Assembly: GCA_018650645.1 (NCBI GenBank)
Contig: JABIFP010000023.1
Span: 1 to 54,475 of the forward strand
Length of the DNA stretch: 54,475 nucleotides
Origin: Candidatus Magasanikiibacteriota bacterium
Lineage (GTDB): Bacteria; Patescibacteriota; Patescibacteriia; Magasanikbacterales; UBA922
Direction of reading: 5' to 3'
Shown: one piece after another, positions 36,305 through 47,100 of the stretch
Position numbering within the stretch: position 1 is the first letter of the stretch
Layout: each line of letters begins with the position of its first letter
Position numbers and translations under genes: made by a program
Notes under the pieces: model-generated
What the model was told of the DNA's origin: nothing
Databases searched by the model: none
Seen by the model: the letters and a program-made list of their open reading frames with translations, nothing else

Positions 36305-39145
36305 ATGCATCATAGATTAAGATTCCACGTATTTGCACTTCTTGCAGCCGTGGCAACCATTGGGGGAATTGTGTTATATAATCCGGCAACATATGTGCCT
36401 GATAATGTTTCTGCTGCTGGAGAAGCGTCAACGGGATCTATTACCTTTAGTGGTACAGAGTTTGCGGCGTATACGGAAGTGATAACTATTACAGATGGAA
36501 CAGATACGCTAGCAATTCAATTGGTGAATTACGGAGGTGGATATTCAATTTGTAACACAGGAAGTGCGCCAAATTGTACAGAATATTATTTAGATATTGG
36601 AGGGGGAAATGACAGTTATACAGCAGTTGCTGCGTTAATTACTACCGCGATTAACTCAAGCACGTTGCATGCGGTAGACATCACGGCAGTAGATGCTGGA
36701 GGGGGAGTAGTGAATTTGTCAGGGAATATAGGCGTGCAGCCAATTACGGCTGAAGCATCTGGAACATTTATTACAAGCATTACTTCAAGTAAAGTGACGC
36801 TTTCAGGATGGGCGAGTTATTCAGAAATCTTTAGAATTACCGATGGTGTTGATACCGTGGACATTAGTCTTATTAACTATGGAGGAGGATTCTCTTCATG
36901 TGGAACAGGTGGCGGATCTGAGCCAAATTGTACCGAATATAATTTAGATATTGGAGGAGGAAATGATGATAATCTTTCGGTTGCTACAGCATTAGCGGCA
37001 TTGATTAATTCAACAACAATTCATGCTGTTGGAATGACGGCTACAGATAATGGCGACGGATCATTTAACTATACAGGAACGGGTGCTGTTGTATCAGAAG
37101 CTCCTTTATTATTTGTTTCAGTGGTAAGTTTTACTGTGGCAAATGGGGCGCCAACGTTAACATATCCATCCGTTGGATTAAGCGGAGATGGGTCAGGAGA
37201 TATGCTCTTGTCAGTTACGGTTGATGATACAGATAATGATTCTACAAGTGTAGAAGTAAAATATGAAGCAGGAAGTTCATGTACCTATAGTGTAGCGTCT
37301 ATTGCCACGGTTTCAACAACCGCAGCGACGGGGCTTAATTCTGGTTCATTAACAGTGGTGAATACATCGACCTATCAAATTTCAGGAATAGATACCACCA
37401 CATCAAGTGAATCGGTTACAGCCTATTGGAGTTCTGCAACAGATGTGTCAACAGCAAATGGTACATATTGTGTATTTTTTACACCATACGATGGAAGTGA
37501 GGCTGGAACAACTGTGACAACAACAGTAACAGTAGATAATGTAGATCCTACGGTGCCAGGAGCGTTAACGGTCGATTATAGAGGTGATACATCAGTCCGT
37601 CTTGCTTTCCCATCTGTTACTTCAACTGATACAAATTTTTCAACCTATCAGATGTATTATAAGGCTGGTTCTTCGGGAGTAGCAAGAACAGACACCGCTC
37701 ATTCTGATACAAACTTATATAGTGCAACGTTTAGCGGAGCAACAAGTTCAACCATTACAGGGCTTACTGCAAGTACAACATATGTAGCAAATATTTGGGC
37801 AATGGATACGAATGGGAATGTCACATCTTCTGCAACAGAAGTCTCATTTACCACAAGAGCTGCGCCAACAGCATCATATTTTTCTACTTCAACAGGGTCA
37901 ACCGATTTGAGCTCTGTACCGGATATCACCTCTGTGGAAAACTTTACCTTAGCTTCTACAACACCAGAAAGTACAACATCAACGATTGCATGGAGTAACG
38001 CAGTTGATGCTGAAGGTGATGATTATGATACCAATGTTATTTTAGGAGATAGATTTGTTTCGATTAATGCAGAAAATTTAGACAGCACCATTGATACAGC
38101 GGCAACCGTATCCTTTACCGGAGTAACGTGCAGCAATTATGCGCTGTATTACGCATCAAGTCATCAAACATCACGCACGAGTTTAATTGCTGCCGGGCAG
38201 CTCTGTAATGCTGCCACAACGCCTGCATGTACGGTTATTTCGTGTACAAATTCAACGCTAGTATTCACCGTTCCTCATTTTGATGCGTTTGGTGTAGGTG
38301 AGCCGGCAGCTGCTGAAAGTGGTTCAAGCGAATCAGAAAGTCCTTCAAGTGGCGGTGGCGGATCATTCCAGCTCCTGGGTGATACACTATCAGAAGAAAA
38401 TACGCTTACTGAGCAAAATCCAGACTTGCAAATTTTTTCGATTAATAGCGGCACATCAGTGGCAAGTAGTAGAGAAGTGGTATTACACTTTGGTGTTTCA
38501 AATTATTCACAAGTTGCCGTGTCAGAAAATGCTGATTTTTCTGATGCGTCATTAGTGCCATATGTGCAAGACATGTCATATACACTTTCAGCAGGAAATG
38601 GAGAAAAAACAGTATATGTTCGTCTTACAGGAGATGGGCTATCAACGGTAGAAAGCGCTCAATCAATTATTCTGCAAACACCCGTAGCGGTGGCAGAACC
38701 TATTGTTGAACCAATCATTACTGATGAACCCGTATCTGAAGCGAATTGTCCACTTGAAAAAAATAAGCCATATAAATCAATCGATACAAATCGAATTGTA
38801 TATGTGAGCGAATCATGTACGCAAACAGCATTTGTGACAAGAGCAAAATATTTCTCATATTTCAGCTCGTTTGATGCCATTAGATTAGTGTCAGAAAGTA
38901 CACTTGATCTTATTCCTGAAGATGAATTATCATTCTTGCCATATGGCCCGCTGTATGAACCCGCCGATGGGGCACTGGTAAAGAATGTGTTCAATCCACG
39001 GGTATACCTGATGAAAGCACAAAAACGATATCCTATTGCTTCTGAGAAAGTATTTAAGGCACTTGGGTATGCGTGGAGTCAGATTGTGGATGTGGTCGCT
39101 GAGCGAATCGATTCTTGGGAGGAAGGCGATACAATTACCGAGTAA
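36305..39145 (+). CDS. large secreted/surface protein (946 aa): two tandem ~110-aa repeats, FN3-like domain, C-terminal PKVY...LGY domain
   Basis: N-terminal TM/signal. Repeats at ~36434-36754 and ~36788-37090 (ITDG.DT..I.L.NYGGG...PNCTEY.LDIGGGND). FN3-like region at ~37547-37856. Confidence 0.85.
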   Translation: MHHRLRFHVFALLAAVATIGGIVLYNPATYVPDNVSAAGEASTGSITFSGTEFAAYTEVITITDGTDTLAIQLVNYGGGYSICNTGSAPNCTEYYLDIGGGNDSYTAVAALITTAINSSTLHAVDITAVDAGGGVVNLSGNIGVQPITAEASGTFITSITSSKVTLSGWASYSEIFRITDGVDTVDISLINYGGGFSSCGTGGGSEPNCTEYNLDIGGGNDDNLSVATALAALINSTTIHAVGMTATDNGDGSFNYTGTGAVVSEAPLLFVSVVSFTVANGAPTLTYPSVGLSGDGSGDMLLSVTVDDTDNDSTSVEVKYEAGSSCTYSVASIATVSTTAATGLNSGSLTVVNTSTYQISGIDTTTSSESVTAYWSSATDVSTANGTYCVFFTPYDGSEAGTTVTTTVTVDNVDPTVPGALTVDYRGDTSVRLAFPSVTSTDTNFSTYQMYYKAGSSGVARTDTAHSDTNLYSATFSGATSSTITGLTASTTYVANIWAMDTNGNVTSSATEVSFTTRAAPTASYFSTSTGSTDLSSVPDITSVENFTLASTTPESTTSTIAWSNAVDAEGDDYDTNVILGDRFVSINAENLDSTIDTAATVSFTGVTCSNYALYYASSHQTSRTSLIAAGQLCNAATTPACTVISCTNSTLVFTVPHFDAFGVGEPAAAESGSSESESPSSGGGGSFQLLGDTLSEENTLTEQNPDLQIFSINSGTSVASSREVVLHFGVSNYSQVAVSENADFSDASLVPYVQDMSYTLSAGNGEKTVYVRLTGDGLSTVESAQSIILQTPVAVAEPIVEPIITDEPVSEANCPLEKNKPYKSIDTNRIVYVSESCTQTAFVTRAKYFSYFSSFDAIRLVSESTLDLIPEDELSFLPYGPLYEPADGALVKNVFNPRVYLMKAQKRYPIASEKVFKALGYAWSQIVDVVAERIDSWEEGDTITE

Positions 39146-39150
39146 TAGAC

Positions 39151-39186
39151 AAAAAAAAGCTCTACAAGGTGTAGGGCTTTTTTCTT
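39151..39186 (+). terminator. intrinsic terminator
   Basis: A-run, GCTCTAC-AAGGT-GTAGGGC, T-run. Confidence 0.75.
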
Positions 39187-39233
39187 TGGTAGAGATTGAT
39201 TTTTTCTGCCATTTCCGCTAGTATGAGGGGTAT

Positions 39234-40328
39234 ATGCATGATATGAAGACACACATTGAGAAGGCAAAAAAGGAGCTTGCTGAGCTATTTATTGTGCTTT
39301 GTATTGAAGCAAAAAGAACAACCTTGCAAGAGCTTAACGCGGCATTGCAGCAGCCTGATGTATGGAATGATCCGCAGAAGGCAACGGTGCTTGGAAAAAA
39401 AACAAGTGCGCTGCAGCAAATTATTTCAGATTGGGAAGGATTAGAACATCTGGTGCAGGATATGGAAGACACGCTCACGCTTATGGACAGCTCACCCGAT
39501 GATGCGCTTGCGGGGCAACTGCAAAAAAACAGTGAAATTTTAGAGGAAGGAGTAAATACGTTATCAGTATTTGCCTTATATAAAGGAAAGTATGATGACA
39601 GTACAGCAATTGTTACGTTTCAGGCCGGTGCGGGAGGAACAGAAGCGCAAGACTGGGCAGAGATGCTTATGCGCATGGTGTTGCGGTATGCAGAAAAGAA
39701 AGAATGGACAGCAACGCTGCTGGACGAGTCGCGTGGAACAGAAGCTGGAATAAAATCAGCGACGTTTCGAATTGAAGGGTCGTACGCTTTTGGTAATTTG
39801 AAATCTGAACACGGAACACATCGGCTTGTGCGTATTTCACCGTTTGATGCAGAAAATATGCGGCACACATCGTTTGCAAATATTGAGGTGCTTCCTGAAA
39901 TAGAAAAAATCGATATAGAAATTGATCCAAAGGAGTTGCGGATTGATACCTTTATGTCTAGTGGAAAAGGTGGGCAAAGTGTTAACACCACATATTCAGC
40001 TGTACGCATTGTGCATATTCCAACGGGAATTATGGTGCAGTGTCAAAATGAACGAAGCCAAATTCAGAATAAAGATACCGCTATGAAAGTGCTCGCTTCT
40101 AAATTGCAGGTGCTGCAGGAAGAAAAAGAACAGCAGCAGCGTGCAGCATTAAAAGGGGAACATAAAGGTGCACAGTGGGGGAATCAAATTCGGTCATATG
40201 TGTTGCACCCATATAAAATGGTCAAAGATGTGCGGACAAAATTTGAATCAAAAGATCCTGATGCCGTGTTGGACGGAGATTTACAGCCGTTTATTGATGC
40301 GTATTTGCGTTTTAAGGCCAGCGAGTAG
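39234..40328 (+). CDS. prfB: peptide chain release factor 2 (single uninterrupted ORF, no programmed frameshift)
   Basis: SPF tripeptide (RISPFD), GGQ (SGKGGQSVN) and QPDVWNDPQKA. An alternative start at 39243 is possible. Confidence 0.92.
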   Translation: MHDMKTHIEKAKKELAELFIVLCIEAKRTTLQELNAALQQPDVWNDPQKATVLGKKTSALQQIISDWEGLEHLVQDMEDTLTLMDSSPDDALAGQLQKNSEILEEGVNTLSVFALYKGKYDDSTAIVTFQAGAGGTEAQDWAEMLMRMVLRYAEKKEWTATLLDESRGTEAGIKSATFRIEGSYAFGNLKSEHGTHRLVRISPFDAENMRHTSFANIEVLPEIEKIDIEIDPKELRIDTFMSSGKGGQSVNTTYSAVRIVHIPTGIMVQCQNERSQIQNKDTAMKVLASKLQVLQEEKEQQQRAALKGEHKGAQWGNQIRSYVLHPYKMVKDVRTKFESKDPDAVLDGDLQPFIDAYLRFKASE

Positions 40329-40345
40329 TGTGATACACTAAATAT

Positions 40346-40960
40346 ATGGAAGTCATTCCAATAAACAATATAGATATTACACAGATCGTTGCGGCACTGA
40401 AAGAAGGGAAGACGATTGTATACCCAACAGAAACCTGTTATGGCCTTGGAGCTGATGCTACCAATGAAGCGGCCGTAGCAAAACTTTTTGCTATAAAAAA
40501 ACGTCAACAAGAAAAAAGCATGCTCATGCTTATGGCAGATGAGCCTATGGTGCAGGAATATGTTGCTTGGAATCATCAGCTGCATGACATTGCACAAACC
40601 TATTGGCCAGGTCCGCTCACACTTGTATCGAATCGATTTGATGACGTGCCACTTGCAAGCGGTGTCATTGCTCCAGATAATACGATTGCTCTTAGAATTA
40701 CTGCGCATCCACTTGCTGCAGAGATTACGAGTGCATTAGGCAAGCCAATAGTTTCGACGTCTGCAAATATTTCTGAACATGACAGTGCCTATGATATTGA
40801 GCACGTTATTGCTATGTTTACAGATCAAAAAGAGCAACCAGATATTATTATTGATGCGGGGGATTTGCCGCATCAGAGTCCTTCAACAATAGTAAAGATT
40901 GAAGAACACGGATTACACGTCATAAGACAAGGCGAATTAATTATCCCTGAGCAAAGATAA
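40346..40960 (+). CDS. tsaC: L-threonylcarbamoyladenylate synthase (YrdC/TsaC family)
   Basis: VYPTETCYGLGADA and STSAN motifs. 204 aa. Confidence 0.88.
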   Translation: MEVIPINNIDITQIVAALKEGKTIVYPTETCYGLGADATNEAAVAKLFAIKKRQQEKSMLMLMADEPMVQEYVAWNHQLHDIAQTYWPGPLTLVSNRFDDVPLASGVIAPDNTIALRITAHPLAAEITSALGKPIVSTSANISEHDSAYDIEHVIAMFTDQKEQPDIIIDAGDLPHQSPSTIVKIEEHGLHVIRQGELIIPEQR

Positions 40961-40961
40961 T

Positions 40962-42116
40962 ATGAATCGATTTACACGGCCACTGCCAAAAGCTGTATGG
41001 GGTATTCCGGTTGTACTCCTCGTGTTGCTTGCGGGGCTTCTTCTGTGGGCGCATGTGCAAGTTTCACAAATCCTCAATGAAGCAGCAAGTCATACGGTGG
41101 AATTAGCGCCCCCATTAGATCGATTTGATTATAATGCGATTCAAAAAGCGGAAGACATTGTTGCAAAAGGAATTTATTTAACGGCATATTCAGCGGCGTC
41201 ACCCAAAAAGCGTCAGCAAATGATTGAGCTTATTTCTGCAACAGAATTAAATGCAGTGGTCATTGATATTAAAGACTATTCAGGAAAAGTGTTGTACGAT
41301 TCACAAGTTGGGCTCGTTAACACGCTCAAGTTAGAAGACAATCGATTAGGGGATGTAGCGTCACTGGTAGAAGAATTTCATGATGCGGGTATTTATGTAA
41401 TTGCACGCCAAACAGTATTTCAAGATCCAATTTTGGCAGAAAAGCGACCAGAACTTGCATTAAAAAGTAGAGCTGGCGGATTGTGGAGAGATCACAAGGG
41501 ACTTGCCTGGGTAGATGCGAATAAAAAAGATGTGTGGGACTACAACATGGATATCGCTCGCGAAGCAATCACATTTGGATTTGATGAAATTAATTTTGAT
41601 TACGTGAGATTTCCATCAGACGGAAACATGGCAAACGTTGTATATACCAACGGAGAAAAAGAAAAGTATGATGTGATGGGAGATTTTTATGCATATATTG
41701 CAAAAGAAATGGATGGGCTTCCTGCGCGCACATCACTCGACTTGTTTGGATTTGTTATGGAGCGTCACGATGGTATGAGTATTGGGCAGCGATTAGAAGA
41801 TAGTGTTGATCACGTGGATTATATTGCACCCATGATGTACCCTTCTCATTATCCTTCTGGACATTTGGGTTTGGCAAATCCAGCCGCGCATCCGTTTGCT
41901 ATTTTAGATAATGGTATGAAAAAAGGGCTCCCATGGTTTGAAGGGAAACGTGCAAAAGTGCGTCCGTGGATTCAAGCGTTTCATATTGGAGCGCAGTACG
42001 GTGGACCAAACATTAGAGCGCAAATCGATGCAATTGAGCAATACGATAATGCTGGGTGGCTCCTTTGGAATGCCGCGAACAGATATACAAATGCGGGATT
42101 ACACCCAAGTGAATAA
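40962..42116 (+). CDS. putative TIM-barrel glycoside hydrolase-like protein (DUF4015-like), membrane-anchored
   Basis: N-terminal TM. GFDEINFDYVRFPSDG motif as recalled for this family. Confidence 0.7.
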   Translation: MNRFTRPLPKAVWGIPVVLLVLLAGLLLWAHVQVSQILNEAASHTVELAPPLDRFDYNAIQKAEDIVAKGIYLTAYSAASPKKRQQMIELISATELNAVVIDIKDYSGKVLYDSQVGLVNTLKLEDNRLGDVASLVEEFHDAGIYVIARQTVFQDPILAEKRPELALKSRAGGLWRDHKGLAWVDANKKDVWDYNMDIAREAITFGFDEINFDYVRFPSDGNMANVVYTNGEKEKYDVMGDFYAYIAKEMDGLPARTSLDLFGFVMERHDGMSIGQRLEDSVDHVDYIAPMMYPSHYPSGHLGLANPAAHPFAILDNGMKKGLPWFEGKRAKVRPWIQAFHIGAQYGGPNIRAQIDAIEQYDNAGWLLWNAANRYTNAGLHPSE

Positions 42117-42117
42117 C

Positions 42118-42951
42118 ATGAATTTATTTTCTCCTACAACAATTAAAGAGCTTTGTGCAACCTATGGTTTTGCACCGTCAAAAGCATACGGGCAAAATTA
42201 TTTGATTTCAGAAAGTGCGATTACAAAAATGGTGGCAGCAGGTGAACTTGCAAAAAGCGATACGGTGGTAGAGATTGGGCCAGGGTTTGGTGTACTGACT
42301 ACTGCTGTAGCACCAGAAGTAGCACAGGTATATAGTTTTGAAATTGAACAAACACTCAGACCATATTGGGAAGACATGCATAAAACATATCCTAATGTGG
42401 AAATGATTTGGGGAAATGCGATGTATACGTTTCAAGATCACGTAGCAAATTTTCCTGCGGGATATAAAGTCATGGCAAACTTGCCGTATCAAATTACGTC
42501 TCAACTGTTGAGAATGTTACTCGAAACCGTTCCAGCTCCAGAGCGTATTGTAGCGATGGTACAAAAAGAAGTGGCGCAGCGCATTTGCGAGGCTCCTGGG
42601 CAAATGAGCTTGCTGGCACTTAGCGTGCAGTACTATGGAGAGCCAAAGACGGTCACAAATGTCCCAAGCGGCTCGTTTTGGCCAGCTCCAAAGGTAGATT
42701 CAGCGGTTATAGCTATTAATTCGATTGGAAAAGCGCCAAGAGCGAGTACTCCTGAGCAATTTTTTGCTATAGCAAAGGCTGCCTACGCAAGTAAAAGAAA
42801 GAAAATGATGAAAAATGTGGTGGGTGGTACACCGTTTTCTGCTGAGCAGGTTGCAGCGGCTATGGAAGCAGAAGGGCTTTCTTCAAATGCGCGGGCACAA
42901 GAACTTTCTGTACACCAATTTGATTCACTCGCAGCAACACTGTATTCGTAA
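42118..42951 (+). CDS. rsmA: 16S rRNA (adenine1518/1519-N6)-dimethyltransferase
   Basis: GQNYL and EIGPGFGVLT motifs. ATG at 42118 immediately follows the upstream stop. Confidence 0.9.
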   Translation: MNLFSPTTIKELCATYGFAPSKAYGQNYLISESAITKMVAAGELAKSDTVVEIGPGFGVLTTAVAPEVAQVYSFEIEQTLRPYWEDMHKTYPNVEMIWGNAMYTFQDHVANFPAGYKVMANLPYQITSQLLRMLLETVPAPERIVAMVQKEVAQRICEAPGQMSLLALSVQYYGEPKTVTNVPSGSFWPAPKVDSAVIAINSIGKAPRASTPEQFFAIAKAAYASKRKKMMKNVVGGTPFSAEQVAAAMEAEGLSSNARAQELSVHQFDSLAATLYS

Positions 42952-42960
42952 TCTTTCGTT

Positions 42961-43377
42961 ATGAACATAAAACGTATCCTCCCATATGCACTTGCCCCTG
43001 TAGGGCTTTTTTTACTTAACTGCATACTCGATTTTGGCCTTGGTTTATATGAGCCGTATCCGTGGATAGATATTCCTATGCACCTATTTGGTGGCGCAGC
43101 TATTGCGGTGTTTGTATTTGGTATGTATAAAGAACTGCTCAGAAGTAAACAAGCTACGCCTATGCCGCTTTGGGTAGAGTTATGCTGCGTTGTTGGGGGA
43201 GTAATGATTGCGGCAGTAGTGTGGGAATTTTTTGAATATTTGGTAGACCTGCAATTTCAAACGCGTTGGCAGCCATCCGTTGACGACACCATCTTTGATC
43301 TGTTTAATGGCATGCTCGGTGGCACGCTTACCGGCTTGTTTTTTCTTCTTGAGCAAAAAAAGCGTTCGTCCACATAG
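42961..43377 (+). CDS. integral membrane protein, unknown function
   Basis: 138 aa with 4 hydrophobic helices. Confidence 0.65.
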   Translation: MNIKRILPYALAPVGLFLLNCILDFGLGLYEPYPWIDIPMHLFGGAAIAVFVFGMYKELLRSKQATPMPLWVELCCVVGGVMIAAVVWEFFEYLVDLQFQTRWQPSVDDTIFDLFNGMLGGTLTGLFFLLEQKKRSST

Positions 43378-43385
43378 TCCCTTCG

Positions 43386-43414
43386 TTGCTGCTTTGCTCA
43401 CAGTTTGGTATAAT
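43386..43414 (+). promoter_or_regulatory. promoter TTGCTG-17-TATAAT (TGn-extended) upstream of the 228-aa / 3231-aa gene pair
   Basis: Read directly. Confidence 0.5.
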
Positions 43415-43458
43415 ACACATATTCTGATTACGAATAGTGTTCACCATATTTCTTCCTT

Positions 43459-44145
43459 ATGGGGAGTGAACAATATCACGAACAATCTCTTGGCAAAGAG
43501 CAGAAAGTAGGCTTTGTGCTACTTTTGGTTTTTGGATTAATGGCCGTTGCGCTCGGGTATTTGCAACTCCGAAATACATTGCATAATCCATTTATGGTAG
43601 CTAAGCAAGATGCGAGTCATACAGTGTCTGCACCACTCGATGAAGTTCTTGGTAATGATGCACGACTGCAATCTATTGATACTGACCAAGATGGGTTGAA
43701 TGATTACGAAGAATTAACCTTTTACGAAACAAGTCCATATATTCAAGACACTGATTCTGATGGGATAGACGATTATTCTGAAGTACAAACGGGAACAGAT
43801 CCCTTGTGCGGGGAAGGAAAAGAATGTAGCGCGCAAATTATTGACTTAACACCTTCTACAACCATTACATCAGTAAAGCCACAAATTGGTAACAATGAAA
43901 ATCCACTAGAAATGTTAGGAGACATCATAGAAAAGGAAGCTCCGCAACAAACAGAAATTACCCCAGATGATTTAGCTGCGCTCCAGGCAATGGCAGAAGA
44001 TCCAGCGCTTATTAGAGAGATGCTTCTGCAAACAGGGCAGTTAACTCCGGAACAGCTAGATCAGTTGTCAGATGAACAGCTCACAACACTTTTTGCACAA
44101 ACCTTAACGGATCAGGCTGCTGCTTTAGAGCAAGTACCACAATAA
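43459..44145 (+). CDS. membrane-anchored protein with two thrombospondin type-3-like Ca-binding repeats
   Basis: N-terminal TM. DTDQDGLNDYEE and DTDSDGIDDYSE at ~43678-43805. Confidence 0.8.
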   Translation: MGSEQYHEQSLGKEQKVGFVLLLVFGLMAVALGYLQLRNTLHNPFMVAKQDASHTVSAPLDEVLGNDARLQSIDTDQDGLNDYEELTFYETSPYIQDTDSDGIDDYSEVQTGTDPLCGEGKECSAQIIDLTPSTTITSVKPQIGNNENPLEMLGDIIEKEAPQQTEITPDDLAALQAMAEDPALIREMLLQTGQLTPEQLDQLSDEQLTTLFAQTLTDQAAALEQVPQ

Positions 44146-44158
44146 TTTCCACAAATAT

Positions 44159-47100
44159 ATGCGAACGGCGAAACATATTGGAGTAATAGTGAGTCTTGTA
44201 CTATTTTTTGTTGTAAGTATTGGTGGAATTTTTGCATTTGCTCCTGCGCAAGCGGCTCCTGTAGAGGATTTACCGCAAACAACGCAACGATTGGCAATTT
44301 TCAAAGCAGAACAGACTAATCTTTTAAGAAAAGAAGCAAAAAAAGAGACTGATAACTCTATCACAGCCGCAATTTTGGGTGGAGTTCTTGAAATGTTCTC
44401 TAATTTCACTAGACAAATGGCATATGATACCGCTATTTGGGTAGCTAACGGGGGAAAAGGGAAAGGAGCATTGATTTTCCAAGGTGGATTTAACGAATAC
44501 ATGAGCAAGACCATTGGAGACTCCGTTGCGAGTGGTATTGGAGAAATTGGGAAGCCGTTTGGGTTAAATTTATGTCAGGTACCAGATGCTCGGCTTAGTA
44601 TTTTTTTGAAAGTGAATTTGTTTAGACTCTATAGTGATGCGCCTACGGCCAATTGTTCGTGGCAGCAGCTTACACACGGGGGGCTTTTTGACAGAGATGC
44701 GTGGGATCAAAAATATGGTGATTCCAATTTACTTGCAGATACTTTTTCTACCTCACTGAACACAAATTCTACTGATTTGGGTATTGCGATGGGTGCCATT
44801 TATCAAATCGATCGATTAAAAGGGCAAAAAAAAGAAGCAGCAAAGCTTGATAGACAAGAGGGGAGTGGATTCAAGCCGGTAACCAGTCTTATTTCTGGCA
44901 AAGTATTGACGCCTGGGCAACTCGTGAAAAAAGAAACAGAAAAACTTACCAGAACAGAAGACAACAAACTGAGCTCTCAGCAACTAGCGGGTGTGTATAG
45001 TGCTGGATTTGCACAAGTATTGCCTTCAGCAGCATCACTATTTTTAAATACCGTTGCTTCAGAGATGTTAAACAATGTATTTGAAGGACTATTCCCAGAT
45101 CCGGGTGTTGGGTCAAAAGGCACAGGTCTTGGTGGACTGTATGCATCAGAAATTTCGGCCAATAAACAAGCGGTTGATGCTATTTTTGGAAAACTTCTTA
45201 CGGGAGTACCTGTGAAGCAGCAAACTGATTTTGATTTATCACAATTTGCGGCATGTCCGGCAAATCCAGGACTCAACAACTGTGTATTTGATGCGCACAT
45301 GCAGCGTATTTTGGCGCAAGCAAATAATGGGAATGCTGTGACTATTGGTGAAGCATTAGAAGATGGACTTTTACCAGATTGGCCACTTATTTCTCCTAGA
45401 AGAGAAGCTGATCATACGAATATTACCGGATGTCAGACAGGAAAGTTCTGTTATTCAAATATTCAAAAGATGAGAAAGGTGCGTATTTTGCCACTTGGAT
45501 TTGAAATTGCGGCCTTTATGTCAGATCCAGAAAATCCATGGAGATTAAAACAAGTGGTAGATAATTATGATACCTGTAGAAGAGATATCAATGGAACGAT
45601 TATTCCAGATGCACAGTTTCCTTTTTGTGGTTTGATTAATCCAAATTGGGTACTGCGAGCACCGGTTGCAAGATGTGAAACAACCATTATCGGGCCAGAG
45701 CTTATTTCTCCAAAAGGGGCAGCAAGAAGAAGTGAATGTGCGGATATTACTACCTGTATTACAGAAGGACCAAACGGGACCTGTGTGGGTGATCAGAAAT
45801 TTGCATATTGTACAAAAGAAAGTAATACCTGGCAGATTGGAGATCAGTGTCCAAAGGAATACAATACCTGTAGAACGCTCTCAAACAGAGATTCAGGTGA
45901 AGTGGTATCATATTTACTAAATACCGTAGATTACGGTCAGTGTAGTGCAGAAAACAAAGGGTGTCAGGCGTATAGTTTAGAAAAAAATGGCGACGCGTAT
46001 GTTGCCTCAGTTTCACTACAAGATGCGGCTGCAGTAGCTGCGAGCAGAAAAGCTGCAGGAAGAAATCAGGTATTGTACTTTAATGAAAAAGCAGCAGAGG
46101 CGTCAGCTACTTGTAGTAGTGGGTCAGACGGATGTACGCAATTCTTGACAGCAGAGATTGATAACAATACACGTCAAATCGCGCAAAGAGCCGCAGATGA
46201 TGAAGCTGTTGCAGAGCTTGGAGTATACTTCCAGTCTCAAGTGCCAGTGAATTTGCGGTATGCGCCGGACTACCTTGGGTGTTACGATACAAACCCAGAA
46301 ACAGATGAAATTGAATGGCCACAAACAGCTGTTCAGGCAAGATTGAGTGTCTCTCAAGACGAACGGTGTAATGACTACGCGCCTGTTTGTGCGCCAGAAG
46401 AGATTGGGTGTCAGGCATATCTGCCATCGTATCAAGGAGTCGCTATTGGTGGGGAACCAATGGTACCAGGGAAAATCGGTTCATCATTTGTGTGTGATGC
46501 GTCTTGTGAAGGATATGATACATTTAAACAAATCGGTTTTGAAGAATACGGTGCTGGATTTGAACAACAGCAGTTCCCATTGCACTTTATTCCAAATCAA
46601 GCGCAGTCTTGCAACGCGCAAGTAGTTGGGTGTGATGAATTTACTAATATTGATGCAGGTGCAGCAGGAGAAACACGTGAATACTATACATCGCTCAGAT
46701 ATTGTCAAAAACCAGCAGAGGATGGAAGTAACCAGAAAACGTTCTACACATGGGAAGGAAGTATTGAAGACGGATTTTCACTAAAAACATTCCGCATTTT
46801 GCCTGTTGATCAGGCAGAGCTTGCGTACATTCAAAACCTCAATTTGGCAGGTGATCTTGATGATAATTATCAAGACAGCTTCTTTGGTGCAGGTTCTCCG
46901 GCATATGTAGACGACATGAAGGCAACACTTATTAACAATTACGAAGTGTGTAATGAAGAAAACTATCAGATTAGAGTAGATAATCCGCTTGCGGATGGTG
47001 CTGCAGATGATGAGTGTAGAGCAATTTTTGATGATGATGGAAATACCTATTATAGATTAGTAGATCAGCTTGTTACTATTTCAGATGCTTGTCATCCACT

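Noticed and set aside
39234-39330. Programmed +1 frameshift site expected in many bacterial prfB genes
   Set aside because: The ORF is continuous. The region aligned to the usual CUU-UGA-C site reads GTG CTT TGT ATT, with no in-frame UGA, so there is no recoding here. The presence of RF2 also argues against UGA reassignment.
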